From NCBI RefSeq assembly GCF_006345805.1, contig NC_043023.1, positions 10,540,001-10,604,000 of the forward strand: a DNA stretch of 64,000 nucleotides, in the 5' to 3' direction. Both the position numbers and the translations under genes were made by a program. The stretch is from Octopus sinensis. Taxonomy: Eukaryota. Under the pieces are notes generated by a model that ran no database searches, was not told the DNA's origin, and worked only from the letters and a program-made list of their open reading frames with translations. Shown piece after piece: positions 53,569 to 64,000 of this stretch (positions within the stretch are counted from its first letter, which is position 1; the number at the start of each line of letters is the position of its first letter).

Positions 53569-54636
53569 ATGGAAAATGAATTATTTAGGAGTGAAGTTGA
53601 ATGTAAAAGAGAGTCTGAAGAAATTGATTTTTCTGATGAGGAAAAGAATGAAAAGGGCAAAACATCATTTGATTGTGATATCTGTGGCAAGTCGTTCTCT
53701 TGGAAAGCTAAGTTAGTCATTCACGAACGTACTCATACAGGAGAAAAACCATATCACTGTGAAATCTGTGACAAATCGTTTTCTCAAAACAATTCCTTAA
53801 CCAAGCACAAGCATGTTCATACAGGAGAAAAACCATATCACTGTGAAATCTGTGGTAAGTCTTTCTCTCAAAGCGAACACTTAACTAGGCACAAGAGTTG
53901 TGTTCATACAGGAGGAAAACCATATCACTGTGATATCTGTGGTAAGTCTTTCTCTCGAAGCGAAAACTTAACTAGGCACAAGAGTTGTGTTCATACAGGA
54001 GAGAAACCATATCACTGTGAAATCTGTGGTGAATCCTTTTCTCAAAACGATCACTTAACCAATCACAAGCGTGTTCATACGGGAGAAAAACCATATCACT
54101 GTGAAATCTGTGGTAAATCTTTCTCTCGAAACGAAAGCTTAACGAGGCACAAGAGTGGTGTTCACACAGGAGAGGCACCATATCACTGTGAAATCTGTGA
54201 CAAATCTTTTTCTCAAAACGATCACTTCACTATGCACAGGCGTGTTCATACAGGAGAAAAACCATATCACTGTGAAATCTGTGGTAAATCTTTCTCTCGA
54301 AACGAAAGCTTAACTAGGCACAGGCGTGTTCATACAGGAGAAAAACCATATCACTGTGAAATCTGTGGTAAATTTTTCTCTGAAAACGGTACCTTGACCA
54401 AGCACAAGCGTGTTCATACAGGAGAAGAACCATATCACTGTGAAATCTGTGGTAAATCTTTCTCTCGAAACGATCACTTAACCATGCACAGGCGTGTTCA
54501 TACAGGAGAAAAACCATATCACTGTGAAATCTGTGGTAAATCTTTCTCTCGAAACGATACCTTAATCAAGCACAAGTGTGTTCATACAGGGGAGAAGCCA
54601 TATCATTGTGATATCTCTGGTAAATCATTTTCTTAA
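53569..54636 (+). CDS. C2H2 zinc-finger protein (ZNF-F), 11 intact fingers
   Basis: ORF 53548..54636, ATG at 53569. CAA>TAA stop inside the already degenerate last finger. Confidence 0.85.
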   Translation: MENELFRSEVECKRESEEIDFSDEEKNEKGKTSFDCDICGKSFSWKAKLVIHERTHTGEKPYHCEICDKSFSQNNSLTKHKHVHTGEKPYHCEICGKSFSQSEHLTRHKSCVHTGGKPYHCDICGKSFSRSENLTRHKSCVHTGEKPYHCEICGESFSQNDHLTNHKRVHTGEKPYHCEICGKSFSRNESLTRHKSGVHTGEAPYHCEICDKSFSQNDHFTMHRRVHTGEKPYHCEICGKSFSRNESLTRHRRVHTGEKPYHCEICGKFFSENGTLTKHKRVHTGEEPYHCEICGKSFSRNDHLTMHRRVHTGEKPYHCEICGKSFSRNDTLIKHKCVHTGEKPYHCDISGKSFS

Positions 54637-54653
54637 AATAGTCAGCTGCTTAA

Positions 54654-54944
<291 letters not shown>

Positions 54945-55580
54945 TGAGGAATAGATTCATTTCCCAAGTTACAGACATTGTTTATGAGTTTTATTTTTCA
55001 AGCACAACATCCAAATTTTGAAAGTTTCTACTACCATAACAAATGCATCTGTGTCTTACCAAGAAGTTTATAAAAAGCAAAGGAATGCTTCTCAGTAAAC
55101 AACTCTAGACTTGTTTCTTGTGAATCAGTGGTCACGTCTACAAATGATGGTGTCCCTGAGTCTTTTCAAAGTGATTCAGAAAACAATTATAATAATAATA
55201 TTTTATCTATTCTAAATGATCTTGACATTGTTTTTGACTTTACATAAAATATTCTTTACATTTTACTGTTGTTTTATTGTCATTTATTTACAAGTATTAT
55301 AAATTTTATTGGTAAAATATTTTTCTAGAAATGAATTACAATTTATAACATTGCTTCTCTGGGAAATTATTGCTTTGCTTTATGAGTTTTCACTTTAGGA
55401 GCAATCTCCAGGAAGAAATTAACTCATATATCAAGGCATTATTGTATCTGACCATATTTTGGCACAAGGCCAGCAATCTCAGGGGAAGGAGTAAGTTGAA
55501 TAACCACATGGATCAGCATGTGTGCTTTTTACATGAACTAGCACAAATGCTTCTTACAGGGAGTGGCATATCACGATATA

Positions 55581-55975
55581 TCTATATATATAAAGCTGAA
55601 GTTGTCTGTGTGTGGCAGGTTTTGCAGCCTTCAACTAACACTATCTCTACCGAGACACTAGCGCAAGTTGACCAAAATTGAGAGTATGATAAAAGAAGTC
55701 TTGCTCTTCCTTCCGTAGAAGAAAAAATTGAAATCGCACCATGTCAACACCAAATATTATTTAGATCAGAAAGGTGCTTTTTTTTCTATGAAAATCCCTA
55801 TCTTTTACGTTTCTTTGACTGCTGTGTCACCGTTTTTCGGTGTATTTCAACCAGAAAACTGTTCACTTAAAGAGAATAACAAGCTACATAATGCAAGATT
55901 TTTACTTTTCAAAAATTCCAATTCTAATGGGTCGAAAAGAAAATAAACCTGAGCAACGCTGGGCGATACTTCTAG
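55581..55975 (+). mobile_element. Non-autonomous Helitron, copy 6
   Basis: TC start, hairpin, CTAG|T at 55972-76. Confidence 0.8.
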
Positions 55976-56599
55976 TATATATATGAAGCTCTGTAACTTC
56001 TCATATATATTTGAAGGTGCATGGCTCAATCGTGAGTTCAATTTCCATTCATCTTCATCACATTGAACAATGTTAAAGGGTCAAAGTGAAATGCAGCCAC
56101 ATTTTCTCTACAAAACTACTTTAAAACGTTTTCCAATGGCTGAATGACGAAACGTATTAATCTGGTTTCTGCCCTAAATATTCTGGTAAAGTAAGGATGC
56201 GTCTTGTACACCAGCAAATACTCAGTGAAGTGCAAGTTAATTCATAATTAGTCAACGCCGTTGCCAAACACTGAAGAATCTTGTTTAATAATTTGGCTAA
56301 TTTAGTGAAATTCAAAAGTTACTCCAATACTGATTCGGTGTAAGGAATGGAAACCTACTTACTTCCCCTTTAATTTCTATTTACTTTCTTAAATCTCCCA
56401 TACTGAAGGTTTATGCTTATTAGAGCCATGCTATCCATGCCAACCGTGTACAATTACTAACATTTTCTCACACTAAACCATCCCACTTACTAAAAATATC
56501 CTTCTTCTAGAGGATGGTGTTTAGTCAACTGGTACTTATTTTATCGACCCCGAAACGATGAAAGGCACAATCGACCATGGTGGAATTTGAACTCAGAAC

Positions 56600-56852
56600 T
56601 GTGGGATGACGTCAGCGGCTAGGAAGCTGACCGGAAGATCAAGGGCGCGCACGGGGTTGGGGCGATGGCGCCCTTTTCGATCGGGGAAGTTGTGAATGCA
56701 TGACGTGTCAGTGCTTCGACCAGTTGAGGGATAGCAGCTGCTATTTTTAGCGTTTCGGGACAGGCCACGTGGAAGGGTACATTACCATCCGACAGATATG
56801 GGTCAACGAAGAGAAGGTACGTGTCTTAATTCTAATCTCCCGCATTCACTAC
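56600..56852 (+). promoter_or_regulatory. CpG-rich promoter / first-exon-like insert, copy 3
   Basis: CRE at 56607, ETS motif, donor at 56817, GAAC flanks. Confidence 0.55.
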
Positions 56853-56939
56853 GAACGTAGCGACGGTCGAAATAGCGGTTAGCATTTCGTCCGGCGTGCT
56901 AACGATCCTGCCAGCTCGCCGCCCTGCAAAATACGTTAT

Positions 56940-57059
56940 ATGCTTTGGGCAGATAGGTTGTCCAAGCGGTCACCCATCTAAGTACCCTGCAGGCTCGACA
57001 TTGCTTCACTTCGGTGATCAGGCGAGACAAGGTGCAATCAGCATTATATGGCTGTAATA
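56940..57059 (-). pseudogene. Divergent 5S rRNA-like sequence, copy 3
   Basis: Near-identical to 5277-5396. Confidence 0.75.
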
Positions 57060-58076
57060 ACAATATTAACAGTTTCAAAACATTCGCATTTTCTGAAGGT
57101 GGTAAAGTAGAGTTTGGTCAGTCGCTCGTACAAGTTATTCTCCTTGATATAATTATTTATTCAGTTATCTGCTAGGAGCATAGTTTTTATTAAAAGGCCT
57201 ACTGATGGTGGTTTGGGGGAGTTAGTAACTACCATCGACCTCTTGTTTTGACTGGGTCTTTATTTTATTCATCCCAAAGCAATGAAAGGTAAAATTGACA
57301 TCGTTGGGATTTCGTTTCGGTAATTAAAGCAAACCAATGTATGTTTTATACATTCCCCTTTTTTATAAGTTTTTGTCAGTGATATTTCTGGTGTCAGATA
57401 TTCTTTGATCTCGTCTGAAATTAATGATTTTTCTGGATGAATTTCTACTTTTGTATCAAAACTGAAGGGGAAAGGACTATTTCGAAGATAACGAGTGAGA
57501 TTAAATTGTGAGTGAAGTAATAATTTCTTCTTATTTTATATTAAATTTCGTTTTCTCTTTGTACAAACCTGTTTTAGTGGGAAATCTTAACAATATTCAA
57601 GATTTCTTTACATTTTCCCGATCATAAATGCTATTTGTAAACCTGCTGAAATTATGAAGATTAAGTTATTTATAGAAAAATACGTTTTGATGAAATTTGC
57701 TACAAATACCATTCAGAATGTGTATATTAGAATTCTATCGGAATTTAATATGAAAATATAAATTTGGTGGGCTCGTACACATGAAAGTTAAAATTTTTAA
57801 AGAAATTCTGGATTTGCCTCAGTATGTATGTGTATTTGTGTGTCTTTGTGTTAGTGTTTCTTCCCCTCCCATTCCCGCTTAACAAACGGTGTTGGTATAT
57901 TTACATCCCTGGAACTTTCGGCAGCAGACTGATAAAATGAGTGCCAGGCATAAAAAAACAAATACACATATATATATATATCATGGTGATCTATGTAAAG
58001 GGCATCTATACTGCTCTGCATAAAAAGCACCCATTTAAGGACTATGTGAGAAGATCTCAATACAATCTTTAAAGTG

Positions 58077-58559
58077 TGTAGTGACGTGATTTTCCAGTGT
58101 GTTCACACGCAGCGTCATTCTTCAGTGTGCGTGTGCCGAGCTGGAACCTTCTGGAAAGGCCTAAGGAAGTTCCCTCATGCATATGCGCTAGAGACTGGGG
58201 AAGAAAATTCTATCGCATTACTTAATAGCGTCGTTGACTTGAGACACGGCTACTGAAGGGAAAGGACGTTTTAAACGTGTGATTAGCCTATTCTCCTGCC
58301 CCAGACGCTTGGGATTTGACCTGCTCTGTTGCTGCTGAATTGGTTGTGAGGTTTATCTTACAAATGTTAAAATTCAGCCTTGCTATATCGAACCAAGTGG
58401 ATACCAATATACCAAGGTACTTCTTTTGTAGATAAGAAAATAAAGAGTCATATATACTTTTAAGGTTACGTTTTTGTTCCTGACTGGTAGTTTCTGGAAA
58501 CTAAAGAAAGGAAATTGGTTGCACCCAAACAGTGTAAAGAATCAACCAGTTCCATTACA
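58077..58559. mobile_element. Solo LTR, paralogue of 31377-31854
   Basis: Same termini and AGTG TSD (58073-76, 58560-63). Confidence 0.8.
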
Positions 58560-59175
58560 AGTGGTTGGCGTTAAGAAGAGTGTCCAGCTGTAGAAAGCAA
58601 TCTAAATCAAGCAGGAACTGGGGGCAGCACCCCTGTTTGCCAGCACAGGTCAAACCAACCAACCCAGGGAAGCATGGTAAATGGACATTAAATGTAAAAA
58701 GCTGTGCCAAAACTGACCTTGCCTGTGATCTTGCCACTTAAAATGTACTCAATACACTCTGTAGTATGGTTGGTGTTAGGAAGAGCATCCAGCTGTAAAA
58801 GCTGAGCCAAAACAGACACACAAGTCTGGGGCAGTCTTCTGACTGACCACTTCCTACCAAACCATCCAGCAGATACTGGTATTGAAGGTGGACATTAAAT
58901 GAAGGGGATCAGGAAACGAGAATCCTGGCAGTTTGCTGTGTTTGAAAAGACACATCAAGCTAAGTAAAAGCATGGTTTCCCTTGCATACAAGCTTGTCCC
59001 TTGCAACCCCCTCCAGCTGAGCATCCCTAATCCTGCCGGCTCATGGGTGCTGATACCACGTAAAAAGCACCCAGTGGTACTGCGTAATGTCACCCAGTAC
59101 ATTCTGTAAAGGGTTTGTGTTAGAAAGGGCATCCAGCAGTAGAAACTATTTTAAGATAGAGATGGGGCCTGATCA

Positions 59176-59463
<288 letters not shown>

Positions 59464-60745
59464 ATTTGGCTATCTGATGCCATCTACAATATGGATATAA
59501 ATGACACTGGATTTATTTGAGGAATTCCTTCATTTCAGTAGAGTTTAAAACATGGGAGAAAGAGAAAGAAAATAGAATTTCCAAGTCTAGTATTCACTAC
59601 AATTGTTTCAACCCATCGTGCATCTGTGCCTCGCAGGTGAGATTCTGTACGAACAGTTGTGGGGCATCCTTTGATGCAGACATGTCCCATCAGGTGACTT
59701 ATCAAATGGTCCCTCGTATTTAAATTTCTGTTTTGCTTATTTCGATTAGAATTCATTTTGGTATTTCGGACATGTCAAGCTTCTTTCAGTTTCCATCAAA
59801 CATGTCTTTGATTGGCCACTCTGGGACTGAACCCAGGACCATGTGGTTGGGAAGCCAACTTCTTACCATACAACCATCCCTGCACTTCTACAGCCATGTC
59901 TATATAAAAATGTAGTAAAACTTTCACTGCTTTAATCTCTCTAATTCCGAATTATCTTGTATGTTTTACACTGTTGTTTCTCTTTCGTTTCAGATTATCA
60001 GATGACATCTGCTTCACAGGATTTTTATATAAGCAACGTCATTAGAATGGAAAGTCTTTTAAAGACCGAGCAAAGATGTTATACAAAACACGTATAACCC
60101 TGTTTCTATGAATATTTACTGAATTACTGCAAAATATATCTTCTGAACTCTGACATATATGTAGCAAAATTTCTCTTCTTTATTGTCTGGAATACACGGA
60201 AAATTATATTTGCATATTAATTAATCATTTAGCATTTAAACTGGCACAAATATTCTGACCTCTCACACTCACCTTGCAGTGTCAATTTAAACATAAACAA
60301 TCAAATCACTGAAGTCTCAAAGCTATGAGATAATCCATGATTAATTCAAAACAATATGAATAAATAAGCATTACATTTCACAAAGGAATCTCAATGCTAA
60401 ACGGTTAAACTGGCCATATTTTTGTGTGTTTTATATTCATACTAGCCAGATCCCACCCCTCACACCCACCCTACAAGGCCATTCTAAAAATAAACAATCA
60501 CAACATTGAAATCTGAACATGATAACATAATGAATAATTAATTCAGAAGAATTTCAATAAACATTCTATTTGACAGAGTAATCTGAATGTTAATGAGTTA
60601 AAGCAATTAAGAAGGCAGTTTGCAGCATCTTCAGATATTAACAAAGAACACTTTTGATGGAGATATATCAGTAGAAATATTTGTTCAGAGCAATATACGA
60701 GAAGAAGGAAAACCTTTGTGTACTGTGACGAGAGAAAGGAAAATT

Positions 60746-62848
60746 ATGGAAAATGAATTATATTGGAGTGAAGTTGAATGTAAAAGAGAGTCTGAAGAAA
60801 TTGATTTTTCTGATGAGGAAAAGAATGAAAAGGGCAAAACATCATTTGATTGTGATATCTGTGGCAAGTCGTTCTCTCGGAAAGCTAAGTTAGTCATTCA
60901 CGAACGTACTCATACAGGAGAAAAACCATATCACTGTGAAATCTGTGGTAAATCTTTCTCTCGAAACGAAAACTTAACTAGGCACAAGAATGGTGTTCAC
61001 ACTGGAGAAGCACCATATCACTGTGATATCTGTGACAAATCGTTTTCTCAAAACGATCATTTAACTATGCACAGGCGTGTTCATACAGGAGAAAAACCAT
61101 ATCACTGTGAAATCTGTGGTAAATCTTTCTCTCGAAACGATACCTTAACCAAGCACAAGCGTGTTCATACAGGAGAAAAATCATATCACTGTGATATCTG
61201 TGGTAAAATATTATCTCAGAAGGGTAGCTTAGTCACTCACCGACGTATTCATACAGGAGAGAAGTCATATCACTGTGACGTTTGTGGTAAATCATTTCTT
61301 GATATTCATCATTTAACTACCCACAAACGCATTCATACAGGAGAGAAGCCATATCACTGTGATATCTGTGGTAAATCCTTTTCTGAAATTAGTAAAGTAA
61401 CTATTCACAAGCGTGTTCATACAGGAGAAAAACCATGTCACTGTGATATCTGTGGTAAATCATTCTTTGATAAAAGTTATTTAACTAGACACATGTGTAT
61501 TCACACAGGTGAAAAGCCATATCAGTGTGATATCTGTGGTAAATCTTTCTCTGAAACTAGTACCTTAACAATGCACAAGCGTACTGTTCACACAGGAGAG
61601 AAACCATATCACTGTGATATCTGTGGTAAATCCTTTTCTCGAAACGATCACTTAACCATGCACCGGCGTGTTCATATGGGAGAAAAACCATATCACTGTG
61701 AAATCTGTGACAAATCATTCTCCCGAAACGATCACTTGACCATGCACAAGCATGTTCATACTGGAGAAAAACCATATCACTGTGAAATCTGTGGTAAATC
61801 TTTCTCTCAAAACGGTACCTTAACCAAGCACAAGCATGTTCATACAGGAGAAAAACCATATCACTGTGAAATCTGTGGTAAATCTTTCTCTCGAAACGAA
61901 AACTTAACTAGGCACAAGAGTGGTGTTCACACAGGAGAAGGACCATATCACTGTGAAATCTGTGACAAATCTTTCTCTCGAAACGATCACTTAACTATGC
62001 ACAGGCGTGTTCATACAGGAGAAAAGCCATATCACTGTGAAATCTGTGGTAAATCTTTCTCTCGAAACGATAACTTAACCAAGCACAGGCGTGTTCATAC
62101 AGGAGAAAAACCATATCACTGTGAAATCTGTGGTAAATCTTTCTCTCGATACAAATGCTTAACCAAGCACAAGCGTGTTCATACAGGAGAAAAACCATAT
62201 CACTGTGAAATTTGTGGTAAATCCTTTTCTCAAAACGAAAACTTAACCATACATAGGCATGTTCATACAGGAGAAAAACCATATCACTGTGAAATCTGTG
62301 GTAAATCTTTCTCTCAAAACAAAACCTTAACCAAGCACAAGGGTGTTCATACAGGTGAAAAACCATATCACTGTGAAATCTGTGGTAAATCCTTTTCTCA
62401 AAACGATAACTTAACCATGCACAAGCGTGTTCATACAGGAGAAAAGCCATATCACTGTGAAATCTGTGGTAAATCTTTCTCTCGAAACGATTGCTTAACC
62501 AAGCACAGGCGTGTTCATACAGGAGAAAACCCATATCACTGTGATATCTGTGGTAAATCTTTCTCTCTAAATGATACCTTAACCAAGCACAGGCGTGTTC
62601 ATACTGGAGAAAACCCATATCACTGTGATATCTGTGATAAATCCTTCTCTCGAAGTGATAGCTTGACTAAGCACATACGCATCCATACAGGTGAGAAGCC
62701 ATACTACTGTGATATCTGTGGTAAATCCTTTTCTCAAAGCGATACCTTAAGTAGGCACAAGATTAGTGTTCATACAGGAGAAATACCATATCATTGTGAT
62801 ATCTCTGGTAAATCATTTTCTCAAAATAGTCAGCTGCTTAATCACTGA
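60746..62848 (+). CDS. C2H2 zinc-finger protein (ZNF-G), 23 intact fingers plus 1 degenerate
   Basis: ORF 60620..62848 (TTG start in the track), first ATG at 60746; closest paralogue is ZNF-A. Confidence 0.9.
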   Translation: MENELYWSEVECKRESEEIDFSDEEKNEKGKTSFDCDICGKSFSRKAKLVIHERTHTGEKPYHCEICGKSFSRNENLTRHKNGVHTGEAPYHCDICDKSFSQNDHLTMHRRVHTGEKPYHCEICGKSFSRNDTLTKHKRVHTGEKSYHCDICGKILSQKGSLVTHRRIHTGEKSYHCDVCGKSFLDIHHLTTHKRIHTGEKPYHCDICGKSFSEISKVTIHKRVHTGEKPCHCDICGKSFFDKSYLTRHMCIHTGEKPYQCDICGKSFSETSTLTMHKRTVHTGEKPYHCDICGKSFSRNDHLTMHRRVHMGEKPYHCEICDKSFSRNDHLTMHKHVHTGEKPYHCEICGKSFSQNGTLTKHKHVHTGEKPYHCEICGKSFSRNENLTRHKSGVHTGEGPYHCEICDKSFSRNDHLTMHRRVHTGEKPYHCEICGKSFSRNDNLTKHRRVHTGEKPYHCEICGKSFSRYKCLTKHKRVHTGEKPYHCEICGKSFSQNENLTIHRHVHTGEKPYHCEICGKSFSQNKTLTKHKGVHTGEKPYHCEICGKSFSQNDNLTMHKRVHTGEKPYHCEICGKSFSRNDCLTKHRRVHTGENPYHCDICGKSFSLNDTLTKHRRVHTGENPYHCDICDKSFSRSDSLTKHIRIHTGEKPYYCDICGKSFSQSDTLSRHKISVHTGEIPYHCDISGKSFSQNSQLLNH

Positions 62849-63122
62849 TACATTCATACAGGGTAAAAAAAACCATATCACTGCGAAATCTGTGGTAAAT
62901 CATTCTTTCAAAATAAAGGCGTGACTAATCACAGTAGCATTCATATAGGAGAGAAGCTGTAGCAACGTCATATCTTTGGTAAAATATTTTAGGAAAATAG
63001 AATCTTAACTAATCAGATACATATTCACACAGATGAGAAGTCATATCATTGCGGTGTCTGTGGTAAGTCATTCTCTGATGGACCCAGGTTAATTGTTCGC
63101 AAATACATTCATTCAAGTGTGA

Positions 63123-63227
<105 letters not shown>

Positions 63228-63230
63228 TGA

Positions 63231-63386
<156 letters not shown>

Positions 63387-64000
63387 TGAGGAATAGATTC
63401 ATTTCCCAAGTCACAGACATTGTTTATGAGTTTTATTTTTCAAGCACATCCAAATTTTGAAAGTTTCTACTACCATAACAAATGCATCTGTGTCTTACCA
63501 AGAAGTTTATAAAACGCAAAAGAATGCTTTTCAGTAAATAATTCTAGACAAGTTTCTTTGCTTGTGAATCAATGGTCAAGTCTACAAATGATGGTGTCCC
63601 TGAGTCTTTTCAAAGTGATTCAGAAAACAGTTATAATAATAATATTTTATCTATTCTAAATGATCTTGACATTGTTTTTGACTTTACATAAAATATTCTT
63701 TACATTCTACTGTTGTTTTATTGTCATTATTATTAATTTTATTGGTAAAATATTTTTCTAGGAATGAATTACAATTTATAACATTGGTTCTGTGGGAAAT
63801 TATTGCTTTGCTTTATGAGTTTTCACTTTAGGAGTAATCTCCAGAAGAAATTAACTCATATATCAAGGCATTATTGTATCTGACATTATTTTGGCACAAG
63901 GCCAGCGATTTCAGGGGAAGGAGTAAGTTGAATAACCACATGGATCAGCATGTGTGCTTTTTACATGAACTAGCACAAATGCTTCTTACAGGGAGTGGCA

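Overview
AT-rich animal genomic DNA. The repeat content and gene family fit an octopus (coleoid cephalopod) C2H2 zinc-finger cluster; this is inferred from recalled repeat families, not from a database search. The window is a tandem array of paralogous units of about 4-11 kb. Each unit typically has an upstream block (type Y with a CpG-rich promoter-like insert plus a 5S-like copy, or type Z), an inverted ZNF fragment, a conserved splice acceptor, a single-exon C2H2-ZNF CDS on +, a shared degenerate-finger tail and a ~400-bp non-autonomous Helitron. I find five apparently intact ZNF ORFs (19, 11, 3, 11 and 23 intact fingers), one disrupted ZNF with a scrambled second fragment, and one unit that has lost its gene. 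Interspersed are RTE-clade LINE copies (one near full length but frameshifted), tRNA-derived SINEs, a solo LTR in two units, a 1.77-kb foldback DNA transposon with an 8-bp TSD, a second Helitron family, a type I hammerhead-ribozyme motif, hairpins and long (TA)n tracts. The most notable candidate system is a KRAB-less ZNF repertoire that diversifies by whole-finger shuffling and CpG hotspots in the recognition helix, carries a SIM-like N-terminal motif, and has an inverted ZNF fragment in its putative intron that could guide A-to-I editing. Functional claims are inference.
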